Position numbers and translations under genes: made by a program
Notes under the pieces: model-generated
Seen by the model: the letters and a program-made list of their open reading frames with translations, nothing else
What the model was told of the DNA's origin: nothing
Database searches by the model: none
Assembly: GCA_013265495.1 (NCBI GenBank)
Contig: MU058781.1
Span: 10,087,009 to 10,151,008 of the forward strand
Reading direction: 5' to 3'
DNA: 64,000 nucleotides
Origin: Vicugna vicugna
Lineage: Eukaryota
Part shown: positions 26,905 through 40,349 of the stretch, one piece after another
Position numbering within the stretch: position 1 is the stretch's first letter
Layout: every line of letters begins with the position of its first letter

Positions 26905-27165
26905 CTGCTACATACTGCGTCCTTACTAAGTGCCGGACACTGTTCTGAACACTTTGGTTAAATAACTCACTTGATCAACACAACAGCCTTCTCAGACAGG
27001 TACTGTTAGTATCATTATCATCCATGTTTTGCAGAGGAGGAGTCTGAAGCACAGAAAGATTAAGTGACTTACCCACATTTACACAGCTGGTAAGCGATGG
27101 GCTAGAATTTGAATCCAAGTGAACTGGTTTGAAAGCAGGGTCATAACAACCCCACTCTGTCACCA
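26905..27165 (-). mobile_element. MIR SINE
   Basis: ttttgcagaggaggagtctgaagcacagaaagattaagtgacttaccca...acacagctggtaag...atttgaatccaag. Confidence 0.75.
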
Positions 27166-28064
27166 CGAGTAGAAGCCCTGCATAATGAACGTTTTCTCTG
27201 TGAAGTAAGGCTTTTCAATTCTTCCATAGAAAAGAAGACAGGAAAACAAGGAGTCAGATAAAAGAAGAAGAGGAGAAAGTCACTTGGGAGACATGTTGGG
27301 CACAGATAAAGGAGCACCGCTTGTGTATCTTGTGTCTGCAGGCGGATAGGAAGGGATGGAGGGACCAAGGAGACAATATATATTCATGAAGCCGTAAATC
27401 AGCCACCTGTGGGTGGTGCTCATTCTGGCCCCATGTGCCCTCTGCCTGAGAAATACAGATAAATTGTAGCTGCTCATCAGGCTAATTGGCAAGTTACAGC
27501 TATGCTATGGGCCAGATGGACTTGCCCTGTGTCTTTTGGAAAATGCAAGTGTGTGTTGGCTCCAGGCATCTCCCATCTGCTGAGCCCCCTGGCTCAAGTC
27601 TCTACTCTGCTCCTTACAGCTACACCAGGAACACGGATGGCTGATGGGTCAACAGGGAGAGTATAGGAACATTGCATACCCAGGATTCAGGTAGGGCAGT
27701 CCTTCTGTGAGATTCACACACTACCCCCAAATTATTAACACCCTGTTTCTTCCCCTTTCTCTCACTGTATGTTTTAAGTTGATTTAATAGGCAACGCAAT
27801 CATTTGGTCTATGAGCATCTCTTTTGAGAATAGAGGCACAAGTTGATGTCCTTGGAGGTTACGTGGTGTAACTGTCCACAGGGTACCCTAAATTTCACTG
27901 TAGATGGTAATTTCAAACTCTTCCACTGAAAAGCATCCATCAAGTTATAAATAAGTAGTGAAAATCATATTTCATTTTTTATAACCTCTCTTCCTTTAGC
28001 TACTCACTGATAATGAGAATGAAGCCGATAGTGATAATGATGACTTTGAAGATGATGTGATGGT

Positions 28065-28330
28065 TTCTCGTATTTATTGCATACATGATGTTCCAGGATT
28101 ATGACGAGCTGTTTGCATGTAATATCTCATTTAATCCTTGCAACAACCCCATTTGCTGGTTATTATTATTATCCTGATTTTGAAGATGGAGAACTGCAAA
28201 ATTGTTAAGTAGTTCAGGAAATTTCAAAGTAGTGACATGTATTAATACCTAAATCATGTATTTATTAAATTTCTGAGCAGAGATTCAAATCCAGCTCTGA
28301 TGCTTGAGTTGCCCCTTTTACCACTGTTAA
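28065..28330 (-). mobile_element. MIR SINE
   Basis: atctcatttaatccttgcaacaaccc...attttgaagatggagaactg...gattcaaatccag. Confidence 0.65.
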
Positions 28331-28483
28331 GTGATATTAAGAGACTTAACTTCCCCAAATCAAGTGCACACTTAAAGGAGAAGATAAATAAGAGAAAGAC
28401 CCAGGGAAGCTACAAATTGAATCTGCAGCCTTTGATGTCAAGAGTTGACAGAATATATATGCTTATCTAAACACTTGAAATTT

Positions 28484-28560
28484 TATATATATTCATATAT
28501 ATATATATGTAGCTATAGATATATAAATTGCTATATATATATATATATATATAAAATATA
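28484..28560. repeat. (TA)n-rich microsatellite
   Basis: Interrupted TA runs. Confidence 0.9.
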
Positions 28561-29874
28561 GTATAAAAATAGGTTTTAGACAACTATTTGAAAGCATTCC
28601 TTAAAAATGGTACATTCCACATGCTAAATGCTGACAGCCATCACCTCTGGAGAGTTACATGATGAGCAGTGAAAAAGGCCTTTCAATTTTTATTTTTGCA
28701 ATTCTGTGTTATTGGAATCTTATACACCTATATGATTTGATACCATTTTAAAAACGAGAAACAGGAGGAAAGAAGTATCATTTACATCCCCATATATGAT
28801 GCTAGCAGACCAGAACAGATTTACCGTGATATTAATGAAGCTTCAGCAGCAGGGCCCTTTCACAGACCTTTGTGCTGAACTTTGTATCGGCTTCCAGTGC
28901 CACAAAATGTGAAATTGCTCTATGAAGACATACTTGGTAACAGAGAAATAACAAAATATAAAAAACTTAGTCAAATGTGTTTACTATCGCCATCAAACAG
29001 TGCTATGAGACAAAGTGCACATTTAAAAGCAAGTTTAAAGACCTTTGGATAAAATCGAAAATCATTTTTAAAACATAATTTAAATAACTTAAAATGAAGT
29101 TTAAAAAGTGGTCCATTTCCTATTCTTTGTTTCCTTTCTCTGTGCCTTTTTTATTTCCTCTTCCCTCCAAGTGTTTCTGTGTTTTCCTAGAAGGCTGAAA
29201 AGATGGCAGGGTAATTTCAGCAGGGAATTTTATGCAGATGCAGTATTTATGACAGTAGTCCTAGGGAGAGTTGGTGATTAATGATCACACATAACATGGT
29301 TCAATATATATATATATTTTAAATCGTCTTCCTTATTGGCAGCAATACACTACAAAGGGGAATGTACATGACAGGATCTCTTAATCCGAGGACACAGACC
29401 AATGGGTCAGTTGGGTATTGTTTATAATCTTTAAGATCAATGATTTTGAAGGTCATGCATGGCACACATTTATTTAGCCTGCCAGTAGCTAGTCTGTTTC
29501 CTGGATGTGTTAACAAAATTGCTAACGTTAACTATTTTCTTTGCCTGGCTTTGAATGCTATTTATTTTTCCAAACAGCTCTTTGAAGACAGATGTGCCAT
29601 GCACATCAGAGCGTAGGGAAACTCAGCCACAACATTCCTCTGACTCCCAGCTTCTCTGTAGAAATGAGCCAAGAACTCACACATTTGGGAGGAAATTATG
29701 TATCTGAAGTGGCAGCAGAAATAACAACCATCCAAATAAGAAACTCACCGAAGTGAGGTCATTGGAGAAGGGTGTTAGAATCATACCACCTCTCAGTATC
29801 TTTTAGTTTTAGTTAATTTTTCCCCCCAGAGTCTCTCTACTGCAGGATGTTTGCCTGCCTTGAGAGGCCCTAAG

Positions 29875-30020
29875 CCAGTGATTCTAAATCCTGGAGCTTT
29901 AAAAAAAAAAAAATGCCAGGGCTATATCTCTAGAGACTTCATTCAATTGATAGAATCCAAGTGTGGGTATTTTTAAAAAACTTCTAAGAGGATTTTGAGG
30001 TACAGCAGGGTTGAAGCTAC
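29875..30020. mobile_element. MER5-like hAT DNA element
   Basis: cagtgattctaaa...aatgccagg...gattttgaggtacagcagggttgaagctact. Confidence 0.55.
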
Positions 30021-33000
30021 TCGTCTGTGCCCCAACTAACCAGTCCTATCCCTCTGCTCTGCCACAGATATGCAGCGTGTCTCATCTCTTGAGCAGTCTT
30101 TCCCTCCCCGCCTTCCTCTGGCTCCCCAGCCTTCTCTTATGTGCTCATGCATTCATTCATGTGTTCAAAAAGTACTTACTATGTATGTACTAAGTAAATA
30201 ATAGTAATGGAAATACGAGCACTGTCTTTGAAGAGTCAGTGTTTATCAGACTAACTGTACTGATTTGCCCGGGGGCAGGGGGTTTTCTGGATGTGGGATG
30301 TTCAGAGCTAAAACCAGAAAAATCTTGGGCAATGAAGAAGTAACATTTAATAAATATATACGTGTATATATATATATATATACTATATATATCATCTCTC
30401 ATTTTTCTTCAAGTTCAGAGAAGGTAGGGACTCAGACAGGAACCGTGCCTAGTAAAATTTGAATTTCAAATAAATGTAATTTTTGAGAAAGTACACTTGT
30501 TCTATAGTGGGTGAATTCTCATTTCAAATTTCCAGCTCATCTAATGGGGAGATAGCAACTTCCCAGAAAGATGGGTCCCCCTGTATAAAGGGCTGTTCCT
30601 GCTGAGATACGGTGGGGTTCAGTCTCTTGGTAACAGCAGCACATGCCTCTGGTGGACAGAGATATAAAGTGAGTGAAATAGCTGCTTGTGAACATTTTGG
30701 GGTATTTTTGCTACCACCAATCCCATATAACCAAACTGCAGTAGTTTTCACTGAGCAGGAGAATCACCCCACCCCCAGCATGTTACTCTGCTAGTGTTGC
30801 ACTGTAGAATGGTGCACCATTCTACAGCGGGATGGAGACCAGACAATTGATGCCTACCTAGTGCAATCTGGGGGAAAGTCAGAAAACATTTTTGGCTCAT
30901 TGTCAAGTACTATTTGTAATTCATGACATTTTAAATTAAAACTTAGGCAAGGAATGCATGGATACATGGTGATTGTTTCAGAACTGGGGGTCTACCCCTA
31001 GCATGTCTATTATTATTTGAGCTCATGGTTCCTCTTGGAGCACCTGCACGGGGCCACACGTTTGGAAGAGGCTGAGGCCATGATGTCTAAATGACTTCAA
31101 AGAAAGTCATGTCATATTATGAAGCAGGTCTTTGTGAGACTTTGCTAACACTCTCTCATCCTTCTTGTGTATTCCTATGTACTTGACTTTGTTTCTTCAC
31201 CCTTCTGAAAGAGCGTCTACTGACCTACCCACTGAATATGGGATAAACCTGTGACTTGCTTTCACCAGTGAAATTTGTCAAAAGTGACACCAATTACTTG
31301 GGCCTCGAGATGCGGGTGGCTTCTGCCTCATCCTTCCATCCTTGTGGCTGAGCCGTCAAAAATGGCTGGTCTGAAAGCGGGTAGGCCTGTAGCTAGGGAC
31401 TGGCTGGCCAGTGGGAGGACTCAGATCCTCTTCAGAGATGTGGGAAGACGTGAGTGGTGTTGTTTTAGAGGTTCTGGTAGAGGTTGAAATGCTACCCATG
31501 CAGAGGGCAACCAGCCTCCCAGAGAGTCTTACTGTCTGCACGGGAGTGATCTTGCCTGAGTGCAGTGTTTATCAGTTACTTCCTTGTTTGAGATTTTTTA
31601 ATTACCAAACCTGTCCCTAATATTTGCAGGGCTTGGGGCAAGAGTACAAGTGAAAACCCACATAGCCAAATATATAAAAATTATAAATCAATTTAACAGA
31701 CTGATAAAAATAATATCCTTTATGTTGACATATTCTTTTCATCTGTTTTTTTAAATGAATATTCCGTTATGTTGACAAGAATTAACACATACATGTAAAG
31801 CTATGGTTTTTATTCTAATGAATCAAGAAAATAGTAAAAACAACTAAATTGTATTATTGTGTATATCTGAGTGTTCTAATACAGTTTATTATATTAAGAT
31901 GACTAAGAAAATAGACACATGAAATACATAGCTTTTATATATTAATTCTGTCATATTAATCTTAGCAAAATCGCTGTTATTTTCATCAAGACTTTCATAT
32001 AATTTGTGTTCTAGTGACTGTAATGATCTAAGTAATTAAAAATATTTAAAGTGTACAAAAATTAATTTTGGATGTATTTTCCTCAAAGTGTATGATAAAG
32101 TAAATATAAAAGATGGAATATGAAAGTCATTTTTCATATGTCTTTTCAAAAAAGGCTTTTCTCCCAGAAGGTCAAAGTTATCTATAAAATTAAAAGGCAG
32201 AAGTTAAATTATAACAAAAGAATACCAAAATATTAAATAAGATACTTTTAAGTAAAGCTTTCACCCTCACGCCAGCTGTTTCGCCACCAGGTACTGCGGG
32301 ATGAGAAACCACGAGGAGGAAAAGCGAATCATAGAACAGAAGCCCCGGTGGACTGTCAGGCACCGAGCGGGAGGTCCGGGTGACCCAGGTAAGCCCAGCT
32401 GAGCCCAGTCCGATCCCCAGAGGACGCACCAGCTGAACGCAGCTTTCTGAGAGCGCCCAGACAAGGTAAGCAAAAGAACCAGCCCGCCGATACACGGAAT
32501 CATAAGAAATCATAGTTCGTTATTAGAAATCAGAGTCAGTATTATTCTCATTTACAAACAGGGAAGAAAGAAGAAACGACCTGCCCAGTGTAATACTGTC
32601 AGGAACTGTGACGGGAAACAAACACTCCATATTTTGTTTTCCTTTCGTCTGTTTCTTAGGAAGCTGCAGAAGGGAATCTTCAGGAATTTCAGGAAAATTG
32701 TAAATGGATCTAGATAATTGCTTTGGCCCATAGATTTTATGGTAAATTATATAGGTAAAGTTCATCCTTGTTTTTAGATTCCCTGACACTTGCAGAGCAG
32801 CAAAATAGTAAGAGCAAATTCTGTATTTGGCCCTGAGTTAGTGCAAGGAGGAAGCTATATCAAGTGAACTAAATAAACAAGAAGACTTGAGGTGTGTTTA
32901 GCAAAATCCCTGGTACTAACAGAAATGCTGTTGCACTTCTAGCTGCACACATACAGACCTGACCACAAATTAGCCTTCATTATATTCAGTGAAACCACGA

Positions 33001-33557
33001 GCATCTAGTTTTATAAAAGTTAGTAGCTGAGGCGTCATTAGTCAGGCATTTCAAATTAACAGACAGATATATGTTGAGCCATCCTGTGCATGAGGCTCTG
33101 TGTTGGCTGTTGTCTCACATGGTCCACCCGAAAAACCAGTGTGGATGACCTCTTGTAGCCGGCTCAGGTCTCTGGAATGATGTGAGTGTTCCCCTTTGGT
33201 GGTGACAATGGATGAGTGAGGACCCTGGATTCATTGTTGTGCACCCTTGAGGGTATGTGAACTAGTGGTCATCTGTGTATCAGATAAAGGGTTCCTGTTG
33301 CACACATTTTGCCCAGAAATGTATTGATAACCTCATCTATCCATTTCAAATAGAAGAGGGGAAACGTTTTTTTATTTTATGCTCTTGAGTTGTTTGAATA
33401 TTTCTTTACTCTGTACAAAGGTAATTTTTATTTGATACTACTAATTTTTTATAAGTACACGTGCTCAGAAGCTAAAAGGGAAGACAACCTGTGTGTATCT
33501 TTTGAATCATTGTTGTGTGAACATCTATTTATGTTATTTAAAGTACTTTCATTTTTC

Positions 33558-33964
33558 TGTTAGTTTGCTCAGGATCCCAAAACAAAATGCCACAGACGGG
33601 AGGGCTTAAACAACAGAAATGAATTTCCTCACAGTTCTGGAGGTAGGAAGTCCAAGGTCAAGGCGTTGGCAGGTTTGGTTTCTCCTGAGGCCTCTCCCCG
33701 CGGCCTGCAGATGGCTGTCTCCCTGCTGTGTCCTCACCTGGTCTTTTTGCTGCGCGTTCGCCTCCCTGGTGTCTCTGCCTCTGTCCAAATTTTCTCTTCT
33801 AAGGACGTCAGTCCGGTTGGGTTAGGACTTACCCATATAACCTCATTTAATCTTAATTACCTCCTTAAAGGTCATATTTCCAAATACAGTCACATTCTGA
33901 AGTACTGGCAGGTAAGGCTTTAACACATTCATTTAAAGGGCCAGGCACAATTCAGCCCATAACA
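33558..33964 (-). mobile_element. MaLR MLT1 (MLT1A/B/C-like) solo LTR
   Basis: TG...CA ends; ggcttaaacaacagaaat...ctcacagttctggagg...aagtccaaggtcaagg...cacaattcagcccataaca; flanks ttttc/atttc (degenerate 5-bp TSD). Confidence 0.88.
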
Positions 33965-36900
33965 ATTTCCATTATCTTATTTATAATGACAGAATATGTA
34001 AATCCCTTTATATTTTTATTAAAGAGTATTTTATGTATTCCTCTATACATTATTGCAACATTCAAGCTTTTATGACTATAAGAGTAATTAATATTTAACA
34101 TTTATGTGGCACTTACTCTCAGTCCTGCATGGCACTAATTATTTTATTTGAATATATTGTGTTAGCTTCATGCAACCATTTGAGCTAGCGCCTGCTATTA
34201 TTTCTATTGTGTGGGTGAGAAAACGGGGATTGAGAGATGTTCATGGACTTGGAAATTGATTACTGATAAATGGAGAGGACCAGAGGCCCTTTGCAGGCAT
34301 AACAGCTTTGTGAAGTCCACATTGCAGGTGTGGTGTAATCTGGGAGGCTGGGGGAGCAAAAAGTTCCCTTACAGATTTTGAACTCCTAATAAATAAATAG
34401 AGTTTATTCCATTTATTCTTTGTATTTCTAGCATTTTATTGCCTCGCAAATAATTGACACTCATACTGATGCCGGTTGGTTTGTCGGTTTTTTTTTTTCT
34501 TGTTTTGAAAAATAAGGAAATTACAAAGAAGTAACTTTGCAGTTGATTCAACCTAACATTCTAAAGCCAAATATCAGTAAACATTCTGTTGAACTTGAAT
34601 GCAGGCTGCTTCATATGAATCAAACCAAATTAAGAGATCGCATGGTTTGCCTAAGGCTACCCAGTTCTTTGCGACAGATTAAAAAATTAGAACTTAATTC
34701 CATTTCTGGTCCAGTTATTTTACTTTTGCACCAGATTTTTCTCTCCAGGAGTGGAAAGTCCCTGCTGACATTTGTAGGAGAGAGAGAGAAACATGTTACA
34801 TATTCTTTTTAAAATGCTTGTTAAAGTTCCCTCAAAAAGTGAAGCCCAACTCACAGCTTTTCTCTTCTGGCAGCCAGATAATTTGACTTAATAACTCAGA
34901 GCCAGCCTGAGATGGAGGAAATTTAGTGCTATCTTCAGAATGGCCGCAACTGCGTTTAAATTTATCATGGAAAAAAAAAAAAACCCACTTCCATTGAGCA
35001 CGACATTAGTATTACACCTGCCTGCAGACTTGATCGTGAACGCACCCGTGCTTCCCGAGCTGCTTGGCTGTAACACCTACCACTGCACTTCCATGTTACA
35101 ATTTCAGCTGTAGCTTTGAATGGAAAGCCCTGGGGGCTCCATGTGCTTTCTGTTAGAATCCAGGTCATCATTGTTTCCCTCCTTCCGCCATCTGGTTACT
35201 ACTGTGAGGAAGCAGGATGCACGGATGCTCTGTCAAACCGCAGAACGATGAAATCCCAGGCACACCCAGTGGTTCCTCGTTCTTCCACTTAGACATCAAA
35301 TTCAGTCCAGTTACTCTTTTTGCCCCTTTTTTGTAGCCATGTTCTGTGTCATCTTTATAGGCCTTCTTTGACTTTCCATCTGGTGAAAATCAGATAGGCT
35401 GGTAATTTCTTAAACGTGTTCCTTACTGAAATAATCACAGGGGTGTTTCACCGAATTCTAAGTAGGGGTTTTCAATTCTAATTCAATTCTAAGTAGGGGT
35501 TACACCTGCTCATGATGTACATAGTTCTTGTTATTGTTTTATGCTGCATGGAAAACGGACTGATTCTGTCATTTTAGTCCGTACATCATCTTAAAGAAAT
35601 AATTTTATTTGTTTTTACCATTTAATTTGCTCACCTGCAGTGTAGAGACAGTATGTCTGAATTCTTTCAGAGGAAACCTGGGGAAATAAATTCCAGTTAT
35701 GAAAGAAGTTTGAGGGTCTTTGCTGAAAGATTTTGTAATTGATATTATTTTTGTTTCTATCAAATAGGCTGTGGAAAGTAACAGGAAAAAAAATGAAAAT
35801 GAACAGGGGTCCAAGCTTCATGCTCCGCTGTTGAAGTGTAATTCTCTTTCAGTATAGATGCCTTACGTTCCATTCTGTGTGTGATCGGACCCACAAAAGA
35901 GAGAATCCACAAGCTCATTACAGTCAAATGGGACTTGAATTCTCTTGTCTAATGTCATAATAAGCAATTATGAGCATCTTCTCAGCATTCAAATCGGGTA
36001 ATGGTGAAACCCTAGAGAGACATTAGATGCTGGCAGGCTCTGGCTGATGCAGTGTGCATATGCTCAATGGCTCCCTGAAGGCAGGATGGATAGCGAGATG
36101 CCAGGGCAGATTGCCCTCAGTGTTTAGAATAGACACTACCTTCAATTATGACTTGTGTTTTATAATCTGAGCAGTTATAATAAGATGTGTGTTCATTCTC
36201 GAGAACTCTCTGTGGCAACAGAAGGAACCGCCTTTTACATCAGTCTCCCATTTTCATGAACGAATAGCAAATGAATCTCTTCTTTCAACTTCCTGTTTCT
36301 CTGATTGTGAAGTCAAGGAAGATACAAGTTGCCACTATATGCTATCATTTCATTTTAAGCTTTATCTCCTTTTTGTCCACTCTGGGAAAGGTAGCAGATT
36401 TTGCATTATCAGTGAGCCTCTTTGTATACCTAGTTAGATAAGTAAATATTTGTGGCTCTACAGCAAGGCATTGAGTAGGACGTCTCACTTATTGGAAAAT
36501 TCCCCTGAACCCAAGTTAGTTACTGAACTGCACTGTTCTTTTCAACTGAGTCCTCACAGCAAAATGAGATGGCCTCTCTATTCTTTCACTAATTAAAAAA
36601 ACAAAACAAAACAACTGTTCAGCCAGATGACTTCTAATAGTCTTGCTCAAAATAGTATGATTCTGTGAAAGACCAATCAGATGACATTTATACACATTAT
36701 AGAGTTCTTTAACTTGGAGATCTGTAGAAGAATGTACTTTACATAAGGACCAGTTTAGATGGTACAAGTGAGACAGAAAGGTGGACCAGATTAAACAGTT
36801 CTGGAAAGAGTGCTTTGGGGAAGAAATCTTTATAAAGAAAAAAATGGATGGTTTACAGGAATTATTGCTATTATTTTCACATATCCGTAATCTGCACCTT

Positions 36901-39429
36901 ATCTACTTCCAAAAACTCTTTAAGGTATAGAATGCACATTGAAAATTAAACTGTTACAGATACTCTAAGTGTGTAGACTAAACTGTAAAACTTCAGTATT
37001 TAAAGATGTTAGATCTAAGATGTGATTCATACCTCCCTGCCTCCAGCATAATCAATGTAGGTATTTCTTTTGTGTTAACAACCAAATCACCCTGCTGCAT
37101 GGTTGGTCTGACCTGTGATGACCGCATAAATTACTGCAATAATCAAAATCCTGATGTGGTCATCCCATTCAAATATGGTCATATTGTCCTGTGAACCAAA
37201 CCCGAGCTGCCTCTCAAATAGAGTCCCTTTGATGCAATAAAGCAAGAAGGAAGTCCTTTTTTGACCGTCAAAGTGAGTTATGTTAAGACAGTCTTACCTT
37301 GAAATGACCATTTTTCATTTTGCATGTGACAAATGTCATGCTTTCTCTTCTAGGTATTGTAGTCTCTCTAGGTTAACAAAGACAGTTTTTAAAAAACAGA
37401 ATAACATTCTCCTACTTATCAAAATCTGATGTAGGAATTTGCATAGCTGGTTGAAAGAAAGATGAATAAAAATGTATCAGTAGTCCCAAACACATTTACT
37501 CTGAAATTATTTTTGAATTGAAAAAAAAAATGGTTAGCTTTATTTCCAAATTGGCACATAATTGACAGTAAATTTTATTTATTGCAGTTAGGCTTAAGGA
37601 TTGGGTGAAGGGATTAAAAACAAGCGAATCAACAACAAACATCGAATAACGATGGGAGATTTGACACAGTTCAAGAGTTGCCTGAAGTTCAAAAGGCCTG
37701 CTTCTTACATCAGCTTTCATAATTCTGATGCCCTCTGCCTTGACTCCAGCCCTCTGTTTCTGTCTGGTATCGAATGCGAGTAACACTAAGGAAGAAGCAC
37801 AAAACAATGCTCCCAAGTGCAAGAAAGACTGATTTTTTTCATGCTTTTAGCAATGTGACCTTAGGTATTGATTTATAGCCTGCTGCAGCACCCTAGGGCA
37901 AAAGGGAACATTGGTAATTAAGTTGGTATCTGCACTTTTCTCAAATAGTGCTGACTCGCAACAAAGAGAGACCCTTTATTTTCCCTCTCTGTCTCCCAGT
38001 GAATGCAGATGTAGACACTGACCTCTGACCTTTCTCCAAATTCTGTCTCTGCAGCTGTTATTTTTTCTCTCTCTGGGCCTTTATCTGCTGGTAGACTGGT
38101 AAGATTCACTAAATCATGTGTGCAACTTTCTTCTAAGCAAACATGAAACAGTTTACCCCAAGCCTTATAAAATATGTCTTTATTGAGCTCCGAATGAAAG
38201 TAAATGCCTTCACTGGGAAACCTGTCACATTTGCCAGATAAGTACACAGGCTGATTGACCACTTTAAGAAGGCACAGACATTTTTTTGAGGCATTTTATA
38301 TTAAACATGGAACTTACCATTGTAAAACTCCCGACTGTAAAGTGAATTGAGTCAGAAATCTCTTTTTTATATTCCATTAGCACCATTACTGAAATAGGGC
38401 CACAAAAGGTAATAGCAATAAAACCAAATACCTTGAGGTATGTATGCAAATTATATGCTAATATATGGTAATCTGAGCACCATGTTCAGTGGCCATAAAA
38501 ATACTAAATACAGCTAATTAAAGGTAGGTAAGTTGCTGTGTTTTATACTTCACAGCAATATGAGAGAAGTAGTATATTATGATAATTATAGCATTGCTTG
38601 CCTTGGGGAATACATCCCACATTTTAACAGGATTTCTTGTTCTGGTATATTTGTCCATTTCACTGAATGTAATCACTTTTTCTCTTTCCTATCCCAGGTT
38701 GTAGATCCATGAAGTTAGTGCAAAACTAGGTAACAAATTAAGTCTTTAGCCCAAAGGAAAACAAACACTATTCTCCCTAGAAACTTTGGAAGAGTCATGC
38801 CCACTTAACCTACCTATTATAACAAGTGCCCCCCACTGAGGTAGTGGGGTTAAGTAATCAGCCACATTGAAAACTTGGATGCCCAGAGCCAAGAATTCTC
38901 AGCATACATGGCAAATAACTATTTCTCCCAGAATTGCAGCGTTAATATAGGGCATTCTCTCTTATAGTGAACTCAAGTCATGGAATAAATATTTTTAATT
39001 CCTAGGAAATTCTAAGGAAATGAAAAAAACCACAATGAAATTTATAAGAGAACAAATTGATGTGAAATCTGCCTGAAAAATACTGGATTTTCCTTAATAT
39101 CACTAAATAGTTATGTATGTATATTCAGCATGCTAATAGTGCTTTAATCTCTAAAATGCTTTTTATTACATGAAGTATATACTTTATCAGACTGAAAATT
39201 ACAGAAGGTAGGCAAAAAATTCACCTGAAATCCAACTTACTTGTGAAGTTTATGTTAATGCTTTCCTGGTTGCTGGGTAGAGATTTCACAGCTCTGCTGT
39301 AAGGGAAGTTGATATTTCATGAATTCATCACGTATCTCATGTCAGTATTTTGAACAAAACTAAATGCAAAAAAATAACACAAACCAACCAACTAACAACA
39401 AAAAATCAACGGTATGGTTCGCGTGCAGG

Positions 39430-39615
39430 ATAGAGGGTCTCAAACCTTAGGAAGCACTTGAATCACCTGGATGACTTGTTAAATCTCAGTGGATTTGGCC
39501 CCATTCCCCGAATTTCTGCTGAGATAGGTCTGGAGTAGAGCTTGAGAGTGTTTGATGCTTGTATGTCTCCAGGTGATACTGCTGGTCAGAGCCCACATTT
39601 TAAGAACCAGTGCTG
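39430..39615. mobile_element. MER5A-like hAT DNA element
   Basis: tctcaaacctt...gaatcacctgg...ccaggtgatactgctggt...cccacattttaagaaccagtg. Confidence 0.7.
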
Positions 39616-39799
39616 TAGGCTAAGGAAGGCTAATTGTGGACCTGCAACAATGAAAAGCATTCATTAGCTTTCTCTGAAGACCTTCCAGGCCATTCCAACA
39701 ATGGGAGTAACTTTACCTGTCTCCGGGTGTTGTGACCCAGGTTTTGTGAATCACTTGGATTTTTTTTTTTTTGTAATTTCCCTGACTTACATGATGATA

Positions 39800-40345
39800 G
39801 TTTATATTTGTCAGGACTCTTTCAGTTGCAAGAAACATAAACCTAATTTCAAATGACTTAAGCAAAATAGGAGATGTGGATACACGATCCTGGACTAGTC
39901 ACAAAATTGAGCCTGGGGAGGGTTAGGAGTCAGAGCCACACCTCAGATAGACCTCAGATCCTGAAGGGACTGAGAGTCTCAGATTAGTGACTAGACACAT
40001 TCAGTCATTTCCCTTTCTTATTGCCTGTCTTCCTTCTCACAGACTGTTTTTTTTTTGTGTGTGTGTAGCAGAGAACAAGAGTGAGAGCACAAACAAGGAA
40101 ACATCCTTCCTAGGCTTAAACTACCATTTCCTTTCTTCCTTGTGGACCACATGGGAGGTCCAGATTGATATTGACCCTTGTGATTGCTTTGGGTTTATGA
40201 GATAATGCAGAATAATCTCCCTTTTCATAAAGTCCGATGATTAGCAACCTTAATTACTTTTTGCCACATGACATAATCACAGGTTTGGGGAATTAAAATG
40301 TAGCTATCTTTTTTTAGAGGGGGACATTATTTTGCCTACTGCACT
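39800..40345. mobile_element. MaLR LTR fragments
   Basis: gtcaggactctttcagttgcaag...; gataatgcagaataatctccc...cataatcacaggtttggggaatt...gggacattattttgcctac. Confidence 0.55.
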
Positions 40346-40349
40346 GGTA

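Noticed and set aside
26590..27165. Closely spaced inverted MIR pair as a possible dsRNA hairpin
   Set aside because: Copies are too diverged to show extended pairing; this arrangement is common by chance
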